A DNA stretch of 64,000 bases from contig OZ253580.1 of assembly GCA_965263035.1 (NCBI GenBank), positions 2,208,001 to 2,272,000 of the forward strand. The letters run 5' to 3'. The notes below the pieces were generated by a model that was not told the DNA's origin, ran no database searches, and worked only from the letters and a program-made list of their open reading frames with translations. The DNA is from Acidobacteriota bacterium. Its GTDB lineage: Bacteria > Acidobacteriota > UBA6911 > RPQK01 > JAJDTT01. The translations under genes and the position numbers were made by a program. Shown here in pieces: positions 10,534 to 20,382 of the stretch (its first letter is position 1; each line of letters begins with the position of its first letter).

Positions 10534-10812
10534 GCCAACACTATGACCGAGAGGGAGTACCAGGGTCAACGATGGGCTCGGTATCCATCATCGAGGACTG
10601 CCGGCAACCCCATCAGAAGGCTTCCCCATGCAGGTCCGGGACTTCGCGGACCCTTCAGAAAAAGACCCGCGCCGGACTGAAACCAAAGTGCGAGTTGAGT
10701 AGAATGAACCCCGGTTGGCTCTTCCTCCGGCGCAGGACGAGTCAGCTTAGAGCCTGCCGGGCGCCCAAACGCTCGGCGGGCTCGCTTCCAAGCTCGCCCG
10801 ACTCAAGGACCA

Positions 10813-13800
10813 TCACCAGGAACCGCGGGCCGGCCGTGGCGCCAGCCCCGGACCGCCGAGCATTGAGCCGGGGCCCATGAGACCGTTTCGATAGAGAGGA
10901 TTGTAGGAGCGGTCGCCGAGATCCATCTCGAGTTGCAGGCGGATGTTGGGCCCGAACTGTAGACGCCATCCCAGCAGATAGCTCTGGGCACCGGACCCGG
11001 CGCCCACCAGTGACATATCGGCATAGGGGGCCATCCGTAGCCGGCCGCCGAACGCCCGCATCCGGTAGTCCACTTCGGCAGTCAAGGGTGCGTCCATGCC
11101 AGCGTAGCCGTTCCGGTTCAAGCCCGCCGCCGACTGGGACCAGAATCGGTTCGTCCCGCTGGGCGCCGTCCCCAAGGAGGAGACCATCCGCACGGAGAGG
11201 CCCCGGCCCGCGGCCCCTGGGTCGTACTCGATCATCCCGCCGATGCCCCACTCCCGGTAGCCGTCGGCCTGGTGCGCCATCAGCCGACGCGCGTTCACGG
11301 AAACCGTCAGCCCCCGATCCGGGTTGAGATAGCTCAGACTTCCTCCCACCTCCAGGCCCATGCCGGTCTCCGCCGCTCCAGCGTCGCGCCGAATCCCGAA
11401 GTCCACCGCCCCCCCGACCAAGCCGCCCGCCCAGGCGTACCTGCAGTGACACGCCGCTTCCAGGAGGAGCCGCGTCCGGCTCGCATCCGCATCCGTGATC
11501 CGCGGACCGGCATTCGCATCCAGGTCCATCCCCACCCAGAACGTATCCGTCTTCAACGCCAGCTCGAGCCCGTTCTTGTCTTCCGGTTTCAGTAGCGACC
11601 CACGGGCCCCGACCGCTCCCATCGTCATCCCGATATCATGCCGGGCAGAGCCGGTTGCAGCGGACGCCCCCATCTGGCCGCGTCCGTATCCGAACAGACC
11701 CCAGGTGAACAATCCTTCGTCCAGGTCCACCCGAAGATAAGGATAGACACTGGTCAGAGATGCCGACAAATCCGAGTCCAGCGACTGGAGCCGCTGGTCC
11801 CTGCCCGCGAAGGCGTCCCCGTCCCCCTCACTGCGGGAGACTGCCAAGCCGACCAGCATCCGACGTCGTGTGTAATCGACGCCGGCCAGGCCGGTCAGCA
11901 CTCCGCCGTCCAGAGACAGATCCGTATTCCGGCCGGAAAACTGAGTCGTCACCCCCCGGCCCCAAGCCGCCCACGTCCCTCCCTGATCGTTTCCGGTCCG
12001 GCCACCGTCCCCCGACGTCAGGTGAAACGAGCTGGTGGACAGAAGATTGCGCCCACCCAGGCGCCGAGACCCGAATTGGGTGCCTTCCAAGGTCCCCCCA
12101 TAAAGACCGAGGGATTCACCGGCCCGGCCGGGCGAACCCGGCGCTCCCAGACCGCCGCCGGCCATGAGCGGTTGGTTTCCGAAGAGGAGTTCCGAATCAT
12201 CGCGGCGATCGCCCGCCTCGTTCTCGAACGCCAACCTCAACTGCCGTCCCCCGACCGTCACCTGAGGTGGCCGGTACGGCGATCCGGTCAGTCGTTCGCT
12301 GACCGCTTCCACGACCTGAGTCGCCACCGTCCGGCCGAACCGGGTGAGCCATGCCTTGAACACGATTCCTTCGTCGTCCTCGATCACTCCTGTCGCCGTA
12401 CCCTGGCCCAAGGTCCCGTTCACGGCGCGGCCCAGCGTCACCGTGAAGGTCTCCTCCTCTTCCAGTAGCATGTCGTCCAGGAGAACCACGCGAATATTCT
12501 CGACCGTCCGCCCCGGAGGGAAATTCACCATTCCAGTGGCCCCCCGGTAGTCCTCGTTTGTTCTCGCGGTCCCATCGGAAGTCGACCATTCCACCGTCAC
12601 CATGTGATCGCTGGGTCCAGCCAGCATGATCGGAAAGACGATCTCTCCCGCGATCTCCAGCGCCCGCGCGCTTTCGATCCCGATGGCGGGCGGGCGGTCG
12701 TTGTCCGTCACCGTGACCACGGCTTTGCCGGGATCCTGAATAACGTAATCCGCGCTCTCGACCAGAACCGCCTCCACCGTGCCGTCGGGTTCGTCCCGTT
12801 CATCGTCCACCGTCGCGATTCGCAGAACCGCCGCCGATTCTCCCGATCCGAAGCTCACCGTGCTGGGAGGCGTCTCCGCGAGAAATGCCCCTGTTGCATT
12901 CACGCGCACCGTCACACTCAGCGCACTCCTGAGATTGCCCGACCGCGTCAGATCGAACTGCACGTCCTCCCCCTCGTCCACCGAAGCGGAAGCCGCGGAA
13001 ATGCTCACCAACGGGAGGTCATCGTCCAGGATGAAGCCGGTCGCCTCGGCCCTCTCCACCGTCGCATCCCTCGGGTTGGACAGCTTCACCGTAAAGGTCT
13101 CGTTTGGTTCACCCATGCTGTCGTCCAGCACTGGCACCGTCGCCTCTTGGCGAGTCTTTCGGGCCGCGAACACCAACTCGCCCTTTCGTCGGGTATAGTC
13201 CTCGCCGGCCTTGGCCGTTCCGTCAGCCGTCTCCCAGTCGACCCGGACCGTGCGGCTGCTGGGGATGTCCATGGTCACGGCAAAGACGATCTCTCCATCC
13301 TCCTCCGTGACTTCCGCGTCCTCGATCGACAGCGCCGGAACGTCGTTTTCGAGAATCGTCACCACCACGTCGGGCGCCGTCACCCCAGCATAGTCTCCAC
13401 CGCTGACCGTGTGGGTCAGCGTTACGGGCGGGTCGTCCAACGCGTCCTCGTCTTCTGCCGCCATCACCGTCATCGGCTGTGCCGTCGACCAGTTCGATGG
13501 CGTGAACGCCAACGATGCCGGCGATACCATCACGTCTCCTGTGACGCCTCCCACCGTCACCGTTACCGGTCCGGTCGGCTCCGTGTTCAGCACCATCGTG
13601 TAGTTCTCGCGACTTCCCTCGGTGACAGACAGTTCCGTTGGGGTCACCGTCACTCCGGGGGTGTCGTCTTCGATGATGGTCACTTCCACGTCCGGCGCCG
13701 TCACCCCATCGTAGCCTCCGCCGCGTACCTCGTGCATCAGCGTTACCGGCGCGTCCGGTACTGCGTCGTCGTCTTCCGCCGCCGACACCATCACCGTCTG

Positions 13801-16800
13801 CGCCATCGACCAGCTCCATGCCGTGAATTTCAAAGTCACCGGCGACACACTCAGGTCTCCCGCCGCGCCTCTCACCGTCACCGTCACCGTGCCAGTCGGC
13901 ACCGACTCCAGTACCACGGTGTAGGCCTCGCTACGTCCCTCCACCACCTCCAGTGCCTCTGGCGTCACTTTCACGCCGGGAATGTCGTTTTCGAGGATGG
14001 TCACCTCCACGTCCGGCGCCGTCACCCCATCGTAGCCTCCGCCGGTCACCGTGTGGGTCAACGTCACCGGCGGATCCACGATCGAATCCTCGTCCTCCGC
14101 CGCCGACACTGTCACCGTCTGTCTGGAGGACCAGTTCGACGTGGTAAAACTCAGCCTCTCCGGAGACACCGTCAGGTCTCCTGCCGCGCCTCCCACCGTC
14201 ACCATCACCGTTCCGCCCGGCTCCGACTCCAGCACCACCGTATAGTTCCCGCTGCTCCCCTCCATGACCGCCAGCGCGAGCGGGGTGATCCTCACCCCGC
14301 GGTTGTCGTCTTCGATGGTCACCTCGGCGGTGACTTGAGTCCCAGGATTCACACCCGAGGGCAACGTCCCGAAGCCCAGAACGACTCTCTCGGTTCCCTC
14401 GTCCAGGTTGTCGTCCGCGGCCCGGAAAGTGAACATCGCCACCGTCTCGCCCGCGTCGAACCCGACGTTCTCCGGCACGCCGGAATAGTCGTCGTCCGTG
14501 GCTCCGCCTTCGTTCTTCGCCGTCAGAGGGATGGTCACCGGGTCGGCGGGCGCCAGACTCAGGCGCACCGTCACCTCCACCGTCTCCCCCTCCCACACAC
14601 GGTAGTTGCTGGCGTCGAAGGTCACCGACTGCGTTCTCGTGCCCGGCGGAGGGGGCGGAGGGGGCGGAGGGGGCGGGGGCGGCGGGGGCGGAGGCGGCGG
14701 GGACGTCGGTCTTCTGACGATGTCGGTGGGCAGGCTGGTTGCGCTCTCCGCAAAGCCGTCGTCGTCGGTGAAGCTCACCCGCACCTTCAGGCGGTTGCCT
14801 GCGTCGGCGCTCACCAATCGGTAGGTGGAACCATTTGCCCCGGGGATGTCTCTATCGACACCGTCGTCCACCCGGATCCACTGGTAGTAGTACTGGACGT
14901 TGGTCAGGCCGTCCAAGTCCTGGATATCCGTGGTGTGTGCCGTGAGCGTCCGTCCCACCAAGGTCGTGCCGGTGATGGTCGGCCGGCCTGTCGCCCGCCT
15001 ATTGCCTGGGGGCCGGTCGGTCTCGGCGATGGTCACCGTCACCGGGCCCACCGATACAGATAAGTATTCGCTGGCACTGTCGCTGGTCACCGAATGGGAC
15101 AGCGTTGCGGAATCCGTTACCGAGTCGGCATCCTTCACCGCGGTCACCTCCACGGTCTTCGGACTGGACCAGTCGGTGGGGGTGAAGGTATGACTGGCCG
15201 GACTCCTGGTGACTTTCCCCACGCCCGAAGTAACGTTTACCGACACCGTCACGTTTGCCGAGGGCGGTTTGTTCAATTTCAGCGTATAGCTGCGGGTCTG
15301 GTCTTCAGGGATCTGCAGCGCGGTCGGCGACACCGTCACGCCGGGCGTATCGTTCTCCACGATGGTCACCGCCACGTCCGGCACCATCACGTTGTCGTAA
15401 CCGCCGTCGCTGAACTCGTGGTTGATCGACACCTCCGGGTCCGGCGCCGCGTCGCTGTCCTCTACTGCGCGCACCCTCACCGTCTTGGGGTTGGACCAGT
15501 TCGTCTTCGTGAACGTGAACTTACGCGGGCTAATCCTCAGGTCCGGATTCGCCGGATCGGCCGTCAGGTCGACGGTCACCGTGTCTGTTGGCTGAAAGTG
15601 CAAAACGACCGTGTAGGAGTTGTTCCCACCTTCCGGGACGATCAATGTCTGGGTCGACACCGTGGCGTCCGCGGAGTCGTCGTCCGTGACCATGACCTCC
15701 AACGTATCTCCTTCCAAATTATTGTAGTCCGCGCCGCTGCCACGGTGTCGGAGGACCACCTTGTCGGGTTCCAGATCGTTGTCGTGGCCAGCCATCACCC
15801 TCACCGTCTGGGGAATGGACCAGTCGTCCTGCATGAAGGTGAGAGTGGTCGGCTCCACGGTCACGTCGGTTCCCGGTGGCACCAATACCGAGACCGTCAC
15901 CGGCTCCGCCGTCGGTTGGGTGTCCAGCTTCACCGTATAGGTGTTGTCGCCGCCTTCCAGCACCATCAGTTGCGGGACCGACACGGCAATGCCCGGGTCG
16001 TCGTTATCCTCGACCGTGACCCTCACACTGGCTACAGAAACGTCGGAATATTCTCCGTCGCTGGCCGCGTGCGTCAGCGTCCACGATCGGTTCGCCAGGT
16101 TCATATCGTCGTCGTCCGCGGTCACTGTGAACGTCTTCGGCATGTCCCAGTCCTGTGGCGTGAACTCATGGCTCGTCGGGTCCACGTCGATGTCCGCCTC
16201 CGAAGGTACGGTGACGGACACCGTCACGTTCGTCGACGGCTGCTTGTCCAGAACCACGGTGTAAGTGTTGCTTCCCCCCTCCCGCACTGTGAGGGACCGG
16301 CGCGACACGGTCACACCAGGGCTGTCATCCTCCTCGATGGTCACCGTCAGCTCCGCCGTCTCATCGACATATTCGGAACTGGAACTGCCGCTCGCGCGGT
16401 GCGTCACGGTCACCGGGGGGTCCTCCCCGGTGTCCGGGTCATGCTCGGCCTCCACTGTTACCGTCTTCCAGCTGTTCCAGTTCTGGGGCGTGAACATCAG
16501 GCTCGACGGATCCACATCCACGTCACCGTCATCTTCAATCGTTACCGTCACGTCCGCCACGGGCTCGGCATCCAACCTCACCCTGTAGGTTTTGCTGGCG
16601 CCTTCCCTGACTTTCAGTGAACTTGTCGACAGAGTGATGCCCGGGTCGTCGTTGTCCGTGATCGTCACCGACACGTTATCCACCGTTACGTCGCCATAAT
16701 CACCGTCGTTGAAGTCGTGCGTGAGCGTAATCCCGGTATCGTCCACCGAATCCGCGTCGTTCATCGCACGCACCGTCACCGTCTTTTCCACGTTCCAGTT

Positions 16801-17934
16801 CGACTTCGTGAACGTGACCGGGTTCGGACTCACTCGCACGTCCGAGCCGGTTGGATCCACCGCCACCGTAACCCTCACCGTCGCCGTTGGCTGCGTATCG
16901 AGGATCAGGGTGTAGGTTTCGCTCCCTTCTTCTGGCACGGTCAAGCTCTGCTTGGACACCCTCGCGCCCCGAGTGTCGTTGTCCGTGACCGTGACCTCCA
17001 GATCCTCCCGCACACCGCTGTAACCCCCGCCGCTTCCCGTGTGGCGGAGGACCACTTTGTCGTCCGCCGCGTCGTCGTCCTGGCCTGCCGTCACCGTCAC
17101 CGTCTGGGGATCGGACCAGTCGTCCGGCGTGAAGGTCAGCGGGAACTCCTTGTCCACAGTGAGGTCCGTCCCCGATAACCCGGATACGGAGACCCGCACC
17201 GTCCCCGACGGCTGCGTGTTCAGCTTCAGCGTATAGCTGCGGCTGTTCCCTTCCGGCACCGTGAGGTGCTGGGGCGACACCTTGATGCCCGGGACATCAT
17301 CGTCGGTGACTCCCACCGTCACGGGGGCCACACCGTGCAGGGAGGGTGGGCAATTGGTGTTCTCGTCCCACAGCTCGTGGGTGATTCTTACCGACTCACG
17401 CTCAGAATCGTCGTCTTGGATTGCGGATATCGTAACCCCTCGCCATCGCGTTGGATCCGAATCTTCCTTACCCGCCTCCCGATTGAACTGCCAGCCGACG
17501 GACGGAACCCAACGAATACCTTTTTCCTCGAGGCGGCCATCGATGTAGACCACCCCGTCGACGTGGATCCGTACCCACCATCCGTTGGCAAGTGGTTGTT
17601 TACTGAGCCTTATTTCGTAGCGGAGGCTGTTTCCCTCCGTGAGGTTCAACGTGGACGGCCTCACTTCCACCATTCCTTTCGGATCGCCCTCTCTGTCCAT
17701 TGCCCAATCGAAGATCGTGTCCTGGGCTTGGACCTGATGCATAGCGACGCCAAACAAAAGCGCCGACATCACGATGGTGTAAGCGACGAAACGCGGGGAT
17801 CCGAGGACCGGACTCTTTTTGAATCCCGGAACGGATCTGAAGCAGACGATTGAGGCAAACATCTTGGTCATCCGATCGGACAACCTTCCGTCACAGGCTC
17901 TCCTAGACAGGAGACCATAACCGCCTCCCGGCAC
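10813..17934 (-). CDS. Giant surface adhesin-like protein: many Ig/Calx-beta-like repeats, Pro19 linker, C-terminal autotransporter-like beta-barrel
   Basis: Repeated VxEGxxxxYTVxLxxxPxxxVTV..FTxxNWxxxQTVTV..DDD units; Calx-beta-like TADGTAKAGEDY; C-terminal TRFGRTVA..WAAWGRG..YREWG strands. The true start is probably a downstream ATG. Confidence 0.85.
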   Translation of the reverse strand: MPGGGYGLLSRRACDGRLSDRMTKMFASIVCFRSVPGFKKSPVLGSPRFVAYTIVMSALLFGVAMHQVQAQDTIFDWAMDREGDPKGMVEVRPSTLNLTEGNSLRYEIRLSKQPLANGWWVRIHVDGVVYIDGRLEEKGIRWVPSVGWQFNREAGKEDSDPTRWRGVTISAIQDDDSERESVRITHELWDENTNCPPSLHGVAPVTVGVTDDDVPGIKVSPQHLTVPEGNSRSYTLKLNTQPSGTVRVSVSGLSGTDLTVDKEFPLTFTPDDWSDPQTVTVTAGQDDDAADDKVVLRHTGSGGGYSGVREDLEVTVTDNDTRGARVSKQSLTVPEEGSETYTLILDTQPTATVRVTVAVDPTGSDVRVSPNPVTFTKSNWNVEKTVTVRAMNDADSVDDTGITLTHDFNDGDYGDVTVDNVSVTITDNDDPGITLSTSSLKVREGASKTYRVRLDAEPVADVTVTIEDDGDVDVDPSSLMFTPQNWNSWKTVTVEAEHDPDTGEDPPVTVTHRASGSSSSEYVDETAELTVTIEEDDSPGVTVSRRSLTVREGGSNTYTVVLDKQPSTNVTVSVTVPSEADIDVDPTSHEFTPQDWDMPKTFTVTADDDDMNLANRSWTLTHAASDGEYSDVSVASVRVTVEDNDDPGIAVSVPQLMVLEGGDNTYTVKLDTQPTAEPVTVSVLVPPGTDVTVEPTTLTFMQDDWSIPQTVRVMAGHDNDLEPDKVVLRHRGSGADYNNLEGDTLEVMVTDDDSADATVSTQTLIVPEGGNNSYTVVLHFQPTDTVTVDLTADPANPDLRISPRKFTFTKTNWSNPKTVRVRAVEDSDAAPDPEVSINHEFSDGGYDNVMVPDVAVTIVENDTPGVTVSPTALQIPEDQTRSYTLKLNKPPSANVTVSVNVTSGVGKVTRSPASHTFTPTDWSSPKTVEVTAVKDADSVTDSATLSHSVTSDSASEYLSVSVGPVTVTIAETDRPPGNRRATGRPTITGTTLVGRTLTAHTTDIQDLDGLTNVQYYYQWIRVDDGVDRDIPGANGSTYRLVSADAGNRLKVRVSFTDDDGFAESATSLPTDIVRRPTSPPPPPPPPPPPPPPPPPPPGTRTQSVTFDASNYRVWEGETVEVTVRLSLAPADPVTIPLTAKNEGGATDDDYSGVPENVGFDAGETVAMFTFRAADDNLDEGTERVVLGFGTLPSGVNPGTQVTAEVTIEDDNRGVRITPLALAVMEGSSGNYTVVLESEPGGTVMVTVGGAAGDLTVSPERLSFTTSNWSSRQTVTVSAAEDEDSIVDPPVTLTHTVTGGGYDGVTAPDVEVTILENDIPGVKVTPEALEVVEGRSEAYTVVLESVPTGTVTVTVRGAAGDLSVSPVTLKFTAWSWSMAQTVMVSAAEDDDAVPDAPVTLMHEVRGGGYDGVTAPDVEVTIIEDDTPGVTVTPTELSVTEGSRENYTMVLNTEPTGPVTVTVGGVTGDVMVSPASLAFTPSNWSTAQPMTVMAAEDEDALDDPPVTLTHTVSGGDYAGVTAPDVVVTILENDVPALSIEDAEVTEEDGEIVFAVTMDIPSSRTVRVDWETADGTAKAGEDYTRRKGELVFAARKTRQEATVPVLDDSMGEPNETFTVKLSNPRDATVERAEATGFILDDDLPLVSISAASASVDEGEDVQFDLTRSGNLRSALSVTVRVNATGAFLAETPPSTVSFGSGESAAVLRIATVDDERDEPDGTVEAVLVESADYVIQDPGKAVVTVTDNDRPPAIGIESARALEIAGEIVFPIMLAGPSDHMVTVEWSTSDGTARTNEDYRGATGMVNFPPGRTVENIRVVLLDDMLLEEEETFTVTLGRAVNGTLGQGTATGVIEDDEGIVFKAWLTRFGRTVATQVVEAVSERLTGSPYRPPQVTVGGRQLRLAFENEAGDRRDDSELLFGNQPLMAGGGLGAPGSPGRAGESLGLYGGTLEGTQFGSRRLGGRNLLSTSSFHLTSGDGGRTGNDQGGTWAAWGRGVTTQFSGRNTDLSLDGGVLTGLAGVDYTRRRMLVGLAVSRSEGDGDAFAGRDQRLQSLDSDLSASLTSVYPYLRVDLDEGLFTWGLFGYGRGQMGASAATGSARHDIGMTMGAVGARGSLLKPEDKNGLELALKTDTFWVGMDLDANAGPRITDADASRTRLLLEAACHCRYAWAGGLVGGAVDFGIRRDAGAAETGMGLEVGGSLSYLNPDRGLTVSVNARRLMAHQADGYREWGIGGMIEYDPGAAGRGLSVRMVSSLGTAPSGTNRFWSQSAAGLNRNGYAGMDAPLTAEVDYRMRAFGGRLRMAPYADMSLVGAGSGAQSYLLGWRLQFGPNIRLQLEMDLGDRSYNPLYRNGLMGPGSMLGGPGLAPRPARGSW
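13340..14310 (-). repeat. Three tandem 321-bp (107-aa) intragenic repeat units
   Basis: GTCAC.xCCACGTC.GGCGCCGTCACCCC recurs at ~13357, 13678 and 13999 (period 321 bp). Confidence 0.85.
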
Positions 17935-18078
17935 GCATTTGTCGATAGAACTCGGGAAACCGCGCCTGGGCTCGGCAGGTGGAACAAGCTGTCAGCATAG
18001 AGGCACTATAACCAGTCAGAAACCAGTCAGACTGTCAGGAAAACGGCCAATTAGAAGTCCAAGTCGATACCACAAAAC

Positions 18079-19509
18079 CTAGGGGCCAAACCGGAAGGCA
18101 TACAGGTGAGCATCCCGGATTCGGATCCGGAGGCGCACCGGTTTGCCGGAATGCCGGGAGACGTCCGCCCCCCCCTTCCATTTCACCGTGCCGTCGATCT
18201 TGTCGCCCACCAACGGAGGACAATCCTCCAGGCTCAGGCCTTCCAGGGGGTCACCGTCTTCGTCCTGCAACTCCACCTGGAGACTGCCGCCGCCGGACGT
18301 GCTGTAGTTGAGCTCCAAATTCCGTCCCCGGAAACGGATGGGCTTGGTCGTGAACTCACCGAAGCCGGAATAGGGCCCCTGGACCGAGACGAAGCCGTCG
18401 GTCCGGAGGGTGCAGCGGCGAATACGTGTCCTCTCCGAGCGGAGCAACTCCGCGTAGTACATGGAGATCTCGCCGGCCCCGGTAGGCACCACGCCGTGGC
18501 CCAGGATGGGATTGCGGTCCACCCAGTTGTCCCGGTCCAGGTCCGCAGAAAGGAAGGGCTGCCGGAACCGGCGGTCCCAGTGGATCCCGTCGCGGCTGGA
18601 GGCGAACTGGACGTCGGAGAGTCCGTCATGGGGCGCATCGTCGTGATGCCTCCGGCCGGGATAAAGAACCATGGGAAACATGAGGAAGGCCCGGGCCGCC
18701 CGAAAGTACTTGACGGCGGCGTTGGTGTAGAAGTGGAGGTCCTTCGGGTCCCGTTCGTCCGGCACGAGTACCAGTTCCGGTTCGGACCAGTGGAGAAAAT
18801 CGATCGATTCGGTCCGCCGGATAGCCCGGCGCCCCCCCTTGAAGGACCCTTCCACCGACGGGTCCACACCCCTCAGATAGATGACGAAGCGCCTTCTCTC
18901 GTCGTCCCAGACCAGGATGTTGTGGCTGTCGAAGGGGCCCTTCTCCGGTGGAAGAAGCGGATTGGTCCGAACCGGCTGCCAACGGATTCCATCCGCCGAA
19001 ATGAAACCCGAGATCCCGCCGACCCGGGAAATCATCTTGTAGCGGGACGAACTACCCGGCTGCTGGTTGGGATCCACGATGACGCTGACGTTGGTGAAGT
19101 CCTTGGGGTCGCCGATGATGTTGTTCCGCGTGGAGCCCTTGCGGGAATAGACGCCCAGGTTCCGGCGCTCCCAGGTGATGCCGTCCCGGCTCTCGGCGTA
19201 GCAGGTCCACACCGGGAACGGGGGCTCCTTCTCGGCGACCCGGTACCACATGCGGTAGAGGCCCCGGTCCCGGACCACGCTGCTGTAGTGCAGTTCCTTG
19301 CCCTCCCACGGTTCCACGCAGGTGAGGGAGACCTCTCGCGGTTGGGGACGATGGGGGGTCAAACGAATTCCCTCGCGGGAATCGAACCAGAACTCGTCCA
19401 GGAAGAGTTGGCGTTCGCTGCCCACGTCCAAGACCGGCTGACCCGGAAGGGGATGAAAGGTGGCAGCGATCAGCAGGACTAGCCAGATCGGCGCACCTGG
19501 ATGTCTCAT
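18079..19509 (-). CDS. Secreted beta-propeller glycoside hydrolase-like protein (GH32/43/130-like fold)
   Basis: Signal peptide; YAESRDGITW, SADGIRW, SRDGIHW, LRTDGFVS; paralog of 24387-26087. Confidence 0.65.
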   Translation of the reverse strand: MRHPGAPIWLVLLIAATFHPLPGQPVLDVGSERQLFLDEFWFDSREGIRLTPHRPQPREVSLTCVEPWEGKELHYSSVVRDRGLYRMWYRVAEKEPPFPVWTCYAESRDGITWERRNLGVYSRKGSTRNNIIGDPKDFTNVSVIVDPNQQPGSSSRYKMISRVGGISGFISADGIRWQPVRTNPLLPPEKGPFDSHNILVWDDERRRFVIYLRGVDPSVEGSFKGGRRAIRRTESIDFLHWSEPELVLVPDERDPKDLHFYTNAAVKYFRAARAFLMFPMVLYPGRRHHDDAPHDGLSDVQFASSRDGIHWDRRFRQPFLSADLDRDNWVDRNPILGHGVVPTGAGEISMYYAELLRSERTRIRRCTLRTDGFVSVQGPYSGFGEFTTKPIRFRGRNLELNYSTSGGGSLQVELQDEDGDPLEGLSLEDCPPLVGDKIDGTVKWKGGADVSRHSGKPVRLRIRIRDAHLYAFRFGP

Positions 19510-19528
19510 AGGTCTCTCTGTTTCGGAG

Positions 19529-20290
19529 TCAGTCCCCCGTCAGAACGCCTCCGGAGAAGAGCTTCCCGCGTCCTTCCAGACAGGGCTCGATCCCCATCAG
19601 CTGCAATGCGTGCCAGGAGGTGACTTGATTCGCCGTGAGGACCGGCTTCCCCAGAGCGGACTCCATCTCCTCCAGGTGCAGAGCCAGCTTCTGACCGGTG
19701 CAACCGACGAAGACGGCGTCCGACTCCTCGACATTGGAAGATTCGGCCAATTGCCGGATGCGCTCGGGCGGGACGATGGAGTGGTCTTTTCCCAGGTTGA
19801 GGGCCAGGCTGTTCAACACCCGGACGCCATGGTCCTGGATGAACTTGATGAAACGGGACTCCACATCGGGCATGTAGGGGCTGGCCAAGGTGACGCTGGA
19901 GATCCCCAGGGCCTTGAAGGCCCGGATCATGGCGCTGCTGGTGGTGGTTGCCGGCTTGCCGGTCATCCGGGTGATCCGATCCGAAATGTCCAAGTCTCCC
20001 CCCACGCCCCGAACGAAGCTGACGGTGGTGCAGTAGTAGGCGTAGCAGTCGGGTTCGTACTTGGAGAGCCTTCGGGCCGATTCCTCGATGTCGCCGTTCT
20101 CGGCCAACTCGATCCCGGCGGGCAGGTGGGCGCCCACGTCCCGGATGGGCGTGGCGCTGGACATGAGGCGAACCCCCGGCGGCATGAAATGCCTGAACTC
20201 GTCCACCACCGCGTCGGCCTCCGCGTCCACCCAGGCGTCATCGGGGTACACAGCCCCGAGCAGCGGCCCACGGCCTTCGGAATCAGTCAT
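19529..20290 (-). CDS. Maleate cis-trans isomerase / arylmalonate decarboxylase / Asp-Glu racemase family protein
   Basis: Two catalytic-type Cys motifs YYCTT and VGCTG, plus LASPY and LGKPVLTANQ. Confidence 0.85.
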   Translation of the reverse strand: MTDSEGRGPLLGAVYPDDAWVDAEADAVVDEFRHFMPPGVRLMSSATPIRDVGAHLPAGIELAENGDIEESARRLSKYEPDCYAYYCTTVSFVRGVGGDLDISDRITRMTGKPATTTSSAMIRAFKALGISSVTLASPYMPDVESRFIKFIQDHGVRVLNSLALNLGKDHSIVPPERIRQLAESSNVEESDAVFVGCTGQKLALHLEEMESALGKPVLTANQVTSWHALQLMGIEPCLEGRGKLFSGGVLTGD

Positions 20291-20382
20291 GTCCCAGCCT
20301 CCTCCGATCTGGAGCGAATCTTAACAGCAGGGGGTGATAGTCCCCACGCATTGTCAATGCCGGATCAAGACAAAATGAAGGA

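Noticed and set aside
13340-14310. Possible DGR template/variable repeat pair in the adhesin
   Set aside because: The repeats are tandem, in-frame domain duplications, differences are not obviously adenine-specific, and there is no reverse transcriptase in the window.
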